From an uncultured Methanosarcinales archaeon (lineage in GTDB: Archaea > Nanobdellota > Nanobdellia > Woesearchaeales > JAGVYU01), in assembly GCA_964533475.1 (NCBI GenBank), contig CAZHJH010000001.1, positions 1,485 through 29,755 of the forward strand: a stretch of DNA of 28,271 bases, written 5' to 3'. Below are positions 7,621 through 16,435 of the stretch, one piece after another. The position numbers were made by a program, and so were the translations under genes. The notes under the pieces are model-generated. The model made no database searches. It was not told the origin of the DNA and saw nothing but the letters and a program-made list of their open reading frames with translations. The first letter of the stretch is position 1, and each line of letters starts with the position of its first letter.

Positions 7621-8990
7621 TCACTGATTTTGTCAGGTCTGTGCAGCAGGGAAAAATCGATCCTGTACATCATATACGCTCAGCCCTTGACGAAGTTAAA
7701 AAAATCAACCAACAGTTCCACTATTGCACGACGATTCCGGAGAAAACCGCGCTTGCAGAATCTAAGGAAGTAAAAACCGGGAGACTCGCGGGTGTTGCTG
7801 TAAGCATAAAAGATTGTATTTGTGTGAAGGATATTGAGTCCACTGCAGGCAGCGCGATCCTCAAAGGATATCATCCCGTCATGGACGCCACGGCAGTGCG
7901 AAGGCTCAGGGAAGAAGGTGCGATTATCATCGCGAAGACAGCCCAGGATGAGTTCGGCTTTGGCAGTTTCGCCGTGAATGTGGGTATTGGTATGGCAATC
8001 CCCAAAAATCCCTTTGATCCTGAGAGGGCATGTGGGGGAAGCTCCGGAGGTTCTGCCGGATTAACGCGCAAAGTTTCATTTCCGCACGTCAGCCTCGCTG
8101 AGAGTACAGGAGGCAGTATTGTGTGTCCTGCATCATTTTGCGGCGTGTACGGTCTCTGTCCGACATATGGGGTTGTGTCAAGATATGGCTTAATGGATTA
8201 TGCGAATAGTTTGGACAAGATTGGACCCATGGCGACATCCGTTGACGATCTGAAATTAGTCATGGACATCATCGGTCACGCGGATCCGAGGGATTCGACG
8301 TGCACAGGTCCTCAGCATGTCAAGGTCATTCAGAAGCCGAGAATCGGGCTCCTCAAAAGCAGTTTTGCTCAGGGTGTTGACCCAAAGGTGCAGTCTGCTG
8401 TGGGGGAGTTTGTTGAAAAATTAAAGCGCTCGGGATTTTCTGTGTCCGAGGTTGAGCTTCCATTGACGGAGAAGTATGGCATTTCCTGTTATTACCTCAT
8501 TTCCATGTGCGAAGCTTCGACAAATCTTGCAAAGTTCTGTGGCATGCGCTACGGGGCGCATGAGCCGTTGGATGGGAATTTTAATGAGTATTTTTCAAAA
8601 GTACGGTCAAAATATTTTAATGAGGAGAGCAAGCGGCGCATTATCATCGGAACGTTCGCGCGCATGGCAGGGTACCGTGATGCGTATTATCTCAAGGCAA
8701 TGCGCGTTCGCACGAAAATTATTGAGGAGTACAAAAAAATATTCACGAGCGTTGATATCCTGCTCAGCCCGACGATGCCGATTCTTCCTCCGCGGTTTGC
8801 AGACATTGGAAAGCTCTCGCCGCTTCAGCATTATATGATGGATATCATGACCGTTGGCCCAAATCTTGCGGGGCTCCCGCATCTCAATATCCCCGCGGCG
8901 AGTGTGGATGGTCTTCCCGTTGGCATGTTGTTAATTGCAGATCATTATCAGGAGCAAACCCTTTTGGCGTGCGCAAAGGTGCTCGAATGA
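7617..8990 (+). CDS. gatA: Asp/Glu-tRNA amidotransferase subunit A (amidase signature family)
   Basis: IKD, GGSSGGS, STGGSI..PASFCG, KRRIIIGTF and NLAGLPHL. ATGA overlap with gatC. Confidence 0.95.
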   Translation: MITDFVRSVQQGKIDPVHHIRSALDEVKKINQQFHYCTTIPEKTALAESKEVKTGRLAGVAVSIKDCICVKDIESTAGSAILKGYHPVMDATAVRRLREEGAIIIAKTAQDEFGFGSFAVNVGIGMAIPKNPFDPERACGGSSGGSAGLTRKVSFPHVSLAESTGGSIVCPASFCGVYGLCPTYGVVSRYGLMDYANSLDKIGPMATSVDDLKLVMDIIGHADPRDSTCTGPQHVKVIQKPRIGLLKSSFAQGVDPKVQSAVGEFVEKLKRSGFSVSEVELPLTEKYGISCYYLISMCEASTNLAKFCGMRYGAHEPLDGNFNEYFSKVRSKYFNEESKRRIIIGTFARMAGYRDAYYLKAMRVRTKIIEEYKKIFTSVDILLSPTMPILPPRFADIGKLSPLQHYMMDIMTVGPNLAGLPHLNIPAASVDGLPVGMLLIADHYQEQTLLACAKVLE

Positions 8991-10393
8991 TGCACACTGA
9001 CGTGGTTATTGGTCTTGAAGTGCACGTTGAATTAGATACCATGACAAAGCTTTTCTGTTCGTGCCCAACGAAGGGAAGCGAGTCTCCCAATACGCGATGC
9101 TGTGATGTGTGCCTCGGTATGCCGGGAAGCAAGCCTGTGCTCAACAGCAAAGCATTGGAGTATGCTTTGCGGTTGTGCCTTGCGCTCAAGTGCAATGTCA
9201 GCAAAGAGCTTGTGTTTTCGAGGAAGAGCTATTTCTATCCGGATATGGCGAAGAATTATCAGATCTCTCAATATGAGCTTCCATTAGGTGCAAAGGGATC
9301 ATTAACTCTGGGTGCAAAGGCCGTCAATATCAAGCGCGTGCATATGGAGGAAGATCCTGCGGCGCTCACGCATCCCTCAGGCATGCATACGTCCTCATTT
9401 GTTCTCGTGGATTATAATCGTTCTGGAAACCCACTTGTCGAGGTCGTGACGGAGCCCGATCTGGCGAGCCCTGACGAGGCCCGGGAGTTCATGAAGAAGC
9501 TGATTACGATTCTCAGTTACTTAGGAATATTCGATGTGAAGCAGGGCATTATTAAGGCGGATGCGAACATTTCAATTAGGGCGGGAAATTATCAGCGCGT
9601 CGAGGTCAAGAACATCACGGGATTTAAGGATATTGAGCGCGCGTTGCTGCATGAGGTTGAGCGCCAAAAGCGGGAAGTGCAGGAGGGAAGGAAAATCACG
9701 CCAGAGACACGCTCCTGGGATAGCGACGTAGGCATCACTCGATCTTTGCGATTAAAAGAAACGGAGGAGGAGTATGGCTATATCTTTGACCCGGATCTCG
9801 TGCTGATTGACATTACTCCGGAGATGATAGCAAAGATCCAATCATCCATGCCGGAGCTTGCTGAGCAGCGTGTTGTGCGATACATAAACGAATGGAAGCT
9901 TGCGACGATTGACGCCGAGGTTATTGCGTCCGATAAGCTGCTCTCAGACATTTTTGAGCACGTTGCTGCGCATGTCGATAAACCCTATGCCGCAAAGTGG
10001 ATCCGCCGCGAGTTAATCCGTGTGCTCAACTATCAAGGAAAAGAGATGCCTCAAAATCCCATTCACGCTGCGGAACTCATAACGCTCATTACATTACTTC
10101 AGCAGAAGAAGATCACAGAGACTACAGGCCAAAAAATTATGGAGCTGCTCATGGAAGGCCCATTCAACATTGTCGAGTATGTGCGTAAGAATAACCTTGA
10201 GGCCGTCTCGGACACGGGCGTGCTGGAGCGCCTATGCAAGGAAGCGATTGCGGAAAACCCTGCCGCGGTAGAGGATCTCCGCTCGGGAAGTGATAAATCA
10301 CTCAATTTCCTCGTGGGAAAAGTGATGGCGAAGTCAACGGGGAAAGCTTCGCCGAAGGAAGTGAACGAGATTATCAAAAGGTTAGTTCGCTAA
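8987..10393 (+). CDS. gatB: Asp/Glu-tRNA amidotransferase subunit B
   Basis: IGLEVHVEL, RKSYFYPD, HMEED, DYNRSGNPLVEVVTEPD, EVKNI, TRSW and LVGKVM. Start set at the ATGA overlap with gatA (8987). Confidence 0.97.
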   Translation: MMHTDVVIGLEVHVELDTMTKLFCSCPTKGSESPNTRCCDVCLGMPGSKPVLNSKALEYALRLCLALKCNVSKELVFSRKSYFYPDMAKNYQISQYELPLGAKGSLTLGAKAVNIKRVHMEEDPAALTHPSGMHTSSFVLVDYNRSGNPLVEVVTEPDLASPDEAREFMKKLITILSYLGIFDVKQGIIKADANISIRAGNYQRVEVKNITGFKDIERALLHEVERQKREVQEGRKITPETRSWDSDVGITRSLRLKETEEEYGYIFDPDLVLIDITPEMIAKIQSSMPELAEQRVVRYINEWKLATIDAEVIASDKLLSDIFEHVAAHVDKPYAAKWIRRELIRVLNYQGKEMPQNPIHAAELITLITLLQQKKITETTGQKIMELLMEGPFNIVEYVRKNNLEAVSDTGVLERLCKEAIAENPAAVEDLRSGSDKSLNFLVGKVMAKSTGKASPKEVNEIIKRLVR

Positions 10394-11613
10394 ATGAGTC
10401 TCTCTTGTTCTAGGATATGAATCGTGTCTTTTTTCACGCGCTGCTCGAACGTTGTCTGATTCTCCCCTTCTCCCTTTTCAATAGAGAGTCTCCGCATGAA
10501 AGCATGCACAAGAGCTTCAATGCGTTCAGCAGCTACAGTTTTTAATTGCAGCTGGTCTGCATGTTCCGCAATAATGCGTTCTTCAACATCTTCTGCTCCC
10601 TCCCGGGAGACTGCAACTTCTTTGAACTCTGCTGAGCTCAGCTGGAGCGTGTTGCGCATGACGAAGTATGCGCCTTTCTCATAGAACTCCTTGATAATGT
10701 TTTGAAACGGAATATCCCCCGGAGATCCCGATCCAAGACAGCCCGTAACTCGTATGGTCACGATTGTCTTGAAGAATTCCTTCCCCTGAAGTTGCTCGCG
10801 CAGCGCTGCGGCAACCCACTCGGGGCTTTTATGCTGCGCATCAATCATGATGCTATGCACCGGATGAAGGAGTATGCGTTCATACGTGACATCACCGTCG
10901 AGATAGAGAAAAAATCCTCCCCCTCCTAATTCTTCAAGCTCACTGAAATTTGCCGGGAAAACGGGGCCGGGGTATACAATTCTGCCGTAGGGTGCGTACT
11001 CTCTGTTGCGGATGATGTGCACATGGCCGCCCGCGTAGTAGTCAAATCCTTTGGGAAAAACGGAGAGGGGCAGCGTTGTTGAGAACTGCAGGCCATGTTC
11101 CATGAGCTCGGCTATTGCGCTGTGAAACATGAAGATTTTGAATCCGGGCTCCTGTTCGAGTGCTTCAAGGTTGAGGTGTTCATAATACGTTTTCTCAAGC
11201 GCTGCGCGTTTGCCAAGGAGTCCTGCGATCTTCACTCCCGTTTCTGTGTCAATGGTAAATGTCAGGTTGAGCGTTCCCTCTGCAACAGTTCCTTTCACAA
11301 CGTTTATGAGCAATCCTGCGTGCTCTAGGACGTCAATAAGTGTTTTTCCCGAAGGAGAATAATCGTGTGATCCAGGTATAGCATACGTTCGGATTCCCTT
11401 TTCTTGTATCTGCTTGAGCTTTTGGACAACGCGGGACAGGCGGTCAATTGACGGGAGCGGTGTATTGAATAAATCCCCTGAGATTAAGATGAAGTCTACA
11501 GGGATCAGCATGCAGCGGTCCATCGCTAGTTCGAAGGCCTGTGTTGAGAGATCGCTGAGCTTCGCGTCCCTCCAGCTGCCGATATGAACATCTGCAAGAT
11601 GCGCGAATTTCAT
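10390..11613 (-). CDS. mre11: Mre11 DNA double-strand break repair nuclease
   Basis: Phosphoesterase motifs DVHIG, ISGDLF, GSHD, MFH and GGHVH, then YPG. Coupled to herA by an ATGA overlap. Confidence 0.9.
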   Translation of the reverse strand: MKFAHLADVHIGSWRDAKLSDLSTQAFELAMDRCMLIPVDFILISGDLFNTPLPSIDRLSRVVQKLKQIQEKGIRTYAIPGSHDYSPSGKTLIDVLEHAGLLINVVKGTVAEGTLNLTFTIDTETGVKIAGLLGKRAALEKTYYEHLNLEALEQEPGFKIFMFHSAIAELMEHGLQFSTTLPLSVFPKGFDYYAGGHVHIIRNREYAPYGRIVYPGPVFPANFSELEELGGGGFFLYLDGDVTYERILLHPVHSIMIDAQHKSPEWVAAALREQLQGKEFFKTIVTIRVTGCLGSGSPGDIPFQNIIKEFYEKGAYFVMRNTLQLSSAEFKEVAVSREGAEDVEERIIAEHADQLQLKTVAAERIEALVHAFMRRLSIEKGEGENQTTFEQRVKKDTIHILEQERLI

Positions 11614-13124
11614 ATGCGCACTTCCCGAAACGCAAGCTGCCCTGCTTGTCGTGAATTCTGTTTGATCCGCTCGTCAAATAACGGTATTTTTATTGGGATC
11701 GCAAACTTTGTGAATGTGCTTGTGATGATCGCCTCTCCTTTGTCGAGCGACGCGATCGTCCGGTGGTCCTGGCTGAGATCCTGCGGGCTGCTGTCGATAA
11801 TCGCTTGGCGCTCAGCGCTCATTTCAATGCCGAGAATGATTTTCGTGTTCATGTTCGCGAGGATGCTTCTCGGGATAAGGCTGGGCATTTGCGTAATCGC
11901 CATGAGTCCAATCTTGAATTTCCTTCCCTCGCGGGCAAGTGTCGCGTAAATATTGCTTCCGCGCTCGAGAACGTCAGCGCCAAGCACTCGCGGAGCTTCC
12001 TCGAGCACTATGGAGACCACGGGTTTTTGTTGCAGTATTCCCTGTTTCTTATACTGTTTATAGCGGTCGAAAAGCTCCGTGCTGATCATGCTCCCGATGA
12101 GCAGTTCGACCTGGCCAGAAAAACCACTCGTGTCCACAATGACGCTTTTTCCCTCTTCAAGGGCTTTGCTAATATCGTGTATCGTGTGCTCCCCCGCATG
12201 AGTGCTAAACACGCCGCCGCAGAAAAGCTGCTGCCCATCCGTATCGACGTCAAGGAGGAGTTTGAGTTTTCTGCGCACGACGGCAAGGCTCATCTCATGG
12301 AACTCATCCTGGAAGCTTTCTTTCATGTCGCGCACAAACACTTCCTTGATCCATTGCTTCCCAAAATATTTGTAGTATGCGAAGAGGAGCTGGCGCTGAG
12401 GGGGTGAGAAATCCATGAACGAAAAATGGTGGGGGGTGAGGCTTCCTAGGTTGATGATGAGCGTGCGCTGTCCTTGCGGCACCGCGTGCGGCGTAAAATA
12501 GAGCACTCCACGGGCGTGCTGCTGCAATCCTACTGTCGTTCTTCCGTAATATTCATCATGCGGATCGAGGACGAGGAATGAGCAGTATTCCTCGGAAAGG
12601 GCATCCCATATGATATTTTTGACAAGGACGCTTTTTCCCCTTCCGGTTGTTCCTATGATGAGGACGTGGTGGGCGAGCGCTTCATCGCCCTGAACAGCGA
12701 CCGGTACCGGGATTTCAGATGATCCGGAGCGCAGCATCCCGAGCCGTAAGGGCTTTTTTGGCTGGCTGAGGAATGTGACATCTTCAGGAGTGACTTCACG
12801 AACCATCGTAAAGAGTTCAGGAAGGCTTTTATGCACTGCAGTGGAGGAAAGATCGAGGATATTTTTTGCTTTGGCAAGCGTATAGTTGCGCAATTCTGCG
12901 TCAAAAAACTCAAGCGCATGCTGTTCCTCGAGCTGCATGCCCGCGATGAGTGCGCGCATCTGCTCCGCAAGCTGGGATCCGTACAATAAATCATACACTT
13001 GAAGCAATATTTTGGAATCTCCCTGTTCTGCGACAAGCAATTCACCGAGCTGCAGCTGAACGTCTGCTTTTTTCCTTATGAGGAGCTCTCCGTATCCGCC
13101 AGAAAAAATCTGCCCCTTTATCAT
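11610..13124 (-). CDS. herA: HerA DNA translocase/helicase (FtsK-HerA family)
   Basis: N-terminal HAS-barrel-like region, Walker [16 protein letters not shown], Walker B VLEEA and REGRKF.IGL.AITQ. Start set at ATG 13124, 22 nt from TATA 13147-13154. Confidence 0.9.
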   Translation of the reverse strand: MIKGQIFSGGYGELLIRKKADVQLQLGELLVAEQGDSKILLQVYDLLYGSQLAEQMRALIAGMQLEEQHALEFFDAELRNYTLAKAKNILDLSSTAVHKSLPELFTMVREVTPEDVTFLSQPKKPLRLGMLRSGSSEIPVPVAVQGDEALAHHVLIIGTTGRGKSVLVKNIIWDALSEEYCSFLVLDPHDEYYGRTTVGLQQHARGVLYFTPHAVPQGQRTLIINLGSLTPHHFSFMDFSPPQRQLLFAYYKYFGKQWIKEVFVRDMKESFQDEFHEMSLAVVRRKLKLLLDVDTDGQQLFCGGVFSTHAGEHTIHDISKALEEGKSVIVDTSGFSGQVELLIGSMISTELFDRYKQYKKQGILQQKPVVSIVLEEAPRVLGADVLERGSNIYATLAREGRKFKIGLMAITQMPSLIPRSILANMNTKIILGIEMSAERQAIIDSSPQDLSQDHRTIASLDKGEAIITSTFTKFAIPIKIPLFDERIKQNSRQAGQLAFREVRI

Positions 13125-13273
13125 GCGTTGCAACAACGGTCATAACTTTATAAAGACTGTGGAAGTGAAGAATGAGATGAAAAGACCCCCTCAATATCCT
13201 TGGCTCACGCTTTTTTTTTAACAATAAATTATTCTCAGACTATCGCGCACGCTAGAAGATATAAGAATGAAGT

Positions 13274-13295
13274 AAAGAGAAAAGAAAAAAAAGAA
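13274..13295 (-). terminator. U-rich archaeal terminator after the small basic protein gene
   Basis: The minus strand reads TTCTTTTTTTTCTTTTCTCTTT immediately after the stop codon. Confidence 0.6.
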
Positions 13296-13296
13296 T

Positions 13297-13542
13297 TTAC
13301 CTTCTTTTCTTCTTCTTTCCGCCGCGTGCCATTTTAGCGGCTGAGATATCTCCTGACTTATCGATGAAATAGAGATAGCCTGACTTCTTCTTGACGCCTG
13401 CTTTCGCAACTACTTCTGGCTTTCCTCCCTTCATCTTCTTGCCGCGTGCCATCTTTGCTCGCGCGACGTTTCCATTCTTGTCAACGAAGTAGAGATAGCC
13501 GGACTGTTTCCGTACACCAACTTTCGCAACTTTTTCAGCCAT
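13297..13542 (-). CDS. Small, highly basic protein with two ~40-aa repeats; putative nucleic-acid-binding protein
   Basis: 25 of 81 residues are K/R. The repeat VAK.GV.K.SGYLYF.DK.G....AKMARG occurs twice. Strong SD GGGGTGA (13550-13556), TATA at 13607-13614, U-rich terminator. Confidence 0.85.
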   Translation of the reverse strand: MAEKVAKVGVRKQSGYLYFVDKNGNVARAKMARGKKMKGGKPEVVAKAGVKKKSGYLYFIDKSGDISAAKMARGGKKKKRR

Positions 13543-13564
13543 TGTTTATTCACCCCAATTTTTT

Positions 13565-13579
13565 AGACGATAATCGTCT
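13565..13579. promoter_or_regulatory. Perfect 7-bp inverted repeat AGACGAT-A-ATCGTCT; operator or 5'-leader hairpin
   Basis: Read directly. It lies between the predicted TSS (~13584) and the SD of the 13542 gene. Confidence 0.45.
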
Positions 13580-13646
13580 TTGGTTATCTGTTTGGAAACG
13601 TTGAAGTTTATAAATCTTTCGTGCCTGGAATTGACGATAAAATCCG

Positions 13647-14336
13647 TTATGCGAGGAGGGAGAGCAGCTCTTCGATCTCTTTTTCCGAAATGGCGCATCC
13701 GCTGAGTTTAACTCCCCACAGCAAGCCTTCTAAGAGGAGTGCTCTGCCGTTCGGAAGCTTCGGAATGTAGTCATCAAGGAAGCCAAGGTGATATGCCACG
13801 AGCACGATTTCAGCTGATCGTAGCACTTTTACCTTATGAGTTTCGCGCACGAGGTCATTAAGCTGGCCTTTATTCACCGCGACGGCAATATTCATCTTCC
13901 GCTGGAGGAGCTTTCGCACGTCCAGCGGGTTTTCAATGAGCAGCCGGGTCGTGCGCTCATCAATGGCGACGGCGTCGCATTGGAGGTGCGCCGCCGCAGC
14001 GAGGCTTTCAATCTCACCACGCTGCGCAATGACTAAGGGACGCCCTTGGCCTATGAATGACGAGTTTGCGAGCTCGAGATAATCATCGGCAATATTCTCA
14101 ATTTCCGGGTCATTGATGACTGAGAGTGTACCCTCATTGAGCATTTTGAGGAGTTGCAGGGCTTCAAATTTGAAGCGCTTCGTCTGGAGCGCGTTATCGA
14201 TGAGCTCGCGGTGCGCTGAGCTGACAATGTAAAACTCTCCTTTGTAGTATTGCTTGAGCGGTGTGAGTATCCAAAGCAGATTGTTCATCGCCAGGGAAAT
14301 AATTGGCCCCGAGTCAAACACGATTCCTTTTACCAT
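13647..14336 (-). CDS. PIN-domain protein (VapC/DUF3368-like)
   Basis: IVFDSGPIISL, RELID, GEIES and IDERTTRLL give four conserved acidic positions. Start set at MVKG. Confidence 0.8.
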   Translation of the reverse strand: MVKGIVFDSGPIISLAMNNLLWILTPLKQYYKGEFYIVSSAHRELIDNALQTKRFKFEALQLLKMLNEGTLSVINDPEIENIADDYLELANSSFIGQGRPLVIAQRGEIESLAAAAHLQCDAVAIDERTTRLLIENPLDVRKLLQRKMNIAVAVNKGQLNDLVRETHKVKVLRSAEIVLVAYHLGFLDDYIPKLPNGRALLLEGLLWGVKLSGCAISEKEIEELLSLLA

Positions 14337-14898
14337 CGCGAACTCCAAAAATATTCATCGCCGTGCGCAGCCTGTCTTTCGCCCGGATCGTTGCGGGCGT
14401 TGTTTGGTCGATGATCTGCGTGTGTCCGACGTAGCTCATAAGCTCCCACGTAGAAATGCCAAGCAGCTCAGCCGCTCTTCGGAGCGAAATCCCCTGCTCG
14501 AACAGCTTTGATCCTTTTTTGATGCGTGCTTGGCGTATGACTTCAACCACATGGGATGCAAGATGGTCATCGAGCTGGTCGATCTGAGCAAGAATGTCCC
14601 TCATTTTTTGCTTATAGCGATCATGATCCTCCATACCGAGATACCGCTGGGCGCGTTCCATAAGCTCGCTGATCTGGTCATAGCGTTTATTGCTTCGCTC
14701 ATCAACCTGCCGCTCTATGTTTTTTGAGAGCGCGAAGATGATCACGGCAAGCGAGACTACGTCTTCCTCCTGATGCGCGCCCGAGTACTGTATTGCGTAA
14801 TCGCTGAGTCTTCTGAGCTCAAGTACGTCACGGTTGCGCACTGCAATCGCACTCTTCCCCAGGAGTTCAGAGAGGACATCAATAATTTCTTGGTCCAT
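14314..14898 (-). CDS. Helical protein with C-terminal UPF0175-like HTH; partner of the PIN gene
   Basis: C-terminal GISLRRAAELLGISTWELM. Overlaps the PIN start by 23 nt. ATG 14898 is 22 nt from TATA 14921-14928. Confidence 0.75.
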   Translation of the reverse strand: MDQEIIDVLSELLGKSAIAVRNRDVLELRRLSDYAIQYSGAHQEEDVVSLAVIIFALSKNIERQVDERSNKRYDQISELMERAQRYLGMEDHDRYKQKMRDILAQIDQLDDHLASHVVEVIRQARIKKGSKLFEQGISLRRAAELLGISTWELMSYVGHTQIIDQTTPATIRAKDRLRTAMNIFGVRDGKRNRV

Positions 14899-15000
14899 AC
14901 ACGTTTCCGAGCATTGCTGCATTATAAAGGTTTCGCGTTGGAATGCCAAATGGAAAACTATTTAAATGCTCATCCCACGCCCAAAAACCACTGGTGACGC

Positions 15001-15633
15001 ATGCTAAGGTACATGAAATCATTAATCAACAAGATTGTGCATAAGCTCTTTAAGCGCAAACAGCATGTCAAGCTTGGCCTGTATGGTCCTCCGAACGGCG
15101 GTAAAACAACGCTGGCGAACAAAATATGCCAGGATTGGCTTGGCGAGGATTTAGGAATCACGAGTAATATTCCTCACGAGACAAGAGAGATTCAAATTAA
15201 GGAGCAAATTACGATTAAGAAGGATCGCAAGGAGCTCACATTTAATTTGGTGGACACGCCCGGAATCGCCACGAAGATCGATTATGAGGATTTTATGAAA
15301 GCCGGGTTGTCTGAGAGCGAGTCCAAGAAGCGCGCAAAGGAAGCGACGAAGGGCGTTATAGACGCGATCAAATGGCTGGATGAAATAGACGCGGTCGTTG
15401 TAGTGCTCGACGGCACAAAAGACCCGTACACACAAGTGAACATTACGATTGTGGGAAATCTTCAGGCGCGCAATACTCCTGTTTTGATCGTAGCGAATAA
15501 GACGGATCTGCGCAGGGCGAATGTCAAGCGCATTCAAAACGCTTTCCCGCAGTATGATGTGATCGGCATCTCGGCGAAGACGGGAAAGAACATCGAGAAG
15601 CTCTACTCTTCACTGTTTGAGATCGCAGGGTAA
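15001..15633 (+). CDS. oapA: Small GTPase, OapA-like (Era-like archaeal GTP-binding protein)
   Basis: G1 GPPNGGKT, G2 HET, G3 DTPG, G4 NKTD and G5 SAK. Followed by DUF2073 and Zn-ribbon genes. Confidence 0.85.
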   Translation: MLRYMKSLINKIVHKLFKRKQHVKLGLYGPPNGGKTTLANKICQDWLGEDLGITSNIPHETREIQIKEQITIKKDRKELTFNLVDTPGIATKIDYEDFMKAGLSESESKKRAKEATKGVIDAIKWLDEIDAVVVVLDGTKDPYTQVNITIVGNLQARNTPVLIVANKTDLRRANVKRIQNAFPQYDVIGISAKTGKNIEKLYSSLFEIAG

Positions 15634-15634
15634 C

Positions 15635-16036
15635 ATGTTAACGCTCCAATTTATTCCGTACAGCGAAATCGAGCAGTTGAGCTCGCTCGGGAGAATTAGA
15701 AAACTGCTGAACATGGCGAAGGAAAACAAAATCGTTTTACTCCAGGGCCGTCTGACAAAGGAGGAGGAGGCTGAGATTATTAAGGCCACGATGGAGGAGA
15801 TCAACGCGGATTTCAAGGGGATTGAGCTTAGCGTCATCACTCCTACAAATGAGAGGGAGGGCCTTGGTCGTTTGAAGGAAGGGATGATTAGCTTGTTGCT
15901 GGGCGACAGGCAGGGCATGACTATTATTGGGCCTGCGACGATTGTGAAGGAAATTAAGCGGGATCCGGACAAAATACAGTTGTATATGACCGAGCCGAAA
16001 TCGAAAAGGAAGAAATCAAGCAAAAAGTATAAATAG
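15635..16036 (+). CDS. oapB: DUF2073 (COG3365) protein, OapB-like
   Basis: RIRKLL..AKENKIVLLQGRL..EEE, F.GIE and GMTIIGPA. Start set at ATG 15635, 1 nt after the oapA stop. Confidence 0.85.
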   Translation: MLTLQFIPYSEIEQLSSLGRIRKLLNMAKENKIVLLQGRLTKEEEAEIIKATMEEINADFKGIELSVITPTNEREGLGRLKEGMISLLLGDRQGMTIIGPATIVKEIKRDPDKIQLYMTEPKSKRKKSSKKYK

Positions 16037-16057
16037 GGAGTTCTCTTCATTCTCGCT

Positions 16058-16435
16058 ATGCCCCACCAATGCGTCAGATGCAATAAATTCTATGATGACG
16101 GATCTACGGCTTTGCTGCAGGGCTGCGACTGTGGAGCAAAGTTGTTCTTCTATATTAAAAAAGAAAAGCTTGAGGCTAAGCAACCTGTTGTCAAGCTTGA
16201 GAAGGAGCAGCGCGAGCAGATTGAAAACGACGTTATGGACTTGATAGGAGAGGATTTAGATCATCACGATCCTGTCGTCTTGGACCTTGAGTCCATAAGG
16301 GTCACGAAACCTGGCACGTATGAGATTGATGTTGTTCATTTGTTTAGAGGAGATCCCGTCATCTTTAAGCTGGAGGAGGGGAAATATATGATTGATCTCC
16401 TGCAGAGCCTGAAGTCTTCGAAGAAGGCTAAGTGA
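16058..16435 (+). CDS. oapC: Zn-ribbon protein (DUF2072/COG3364), OapC-like
   Basis: MPHQCVRC...GCDCG..LF, ESIRV..PGTYEID and G.Y.IDL. Confidence 0.88.
   Translation: MPHQCVRCNKFYDDGSTALLQGCDCGAKLFFYIKKEKLEAKQPVVKLEKEQREQIENDVMDLIGEDLDHHDPVVLDLESIRVTKPGTYEIDVVHLFRGDPVIFKLEEGKYMIDLLQSLKSSKKAK

Noticed and set aside
11763-12407. Long antisense ORFs (e.g. 11763..12407, 21133..22053, 2096..2443, 15151..15537)
   Set aside because: Shadow frames opposite well-supported genes (herA, topA, tgt, oapA), without motifs or promoters.
13175-13225. Plus-strand micro-ORF MKRPPQYPWLTLFF and T9 tract
   Set aside because: 14 codons with no supporting SD or conservation evidence; consistent with intergenic sequence.
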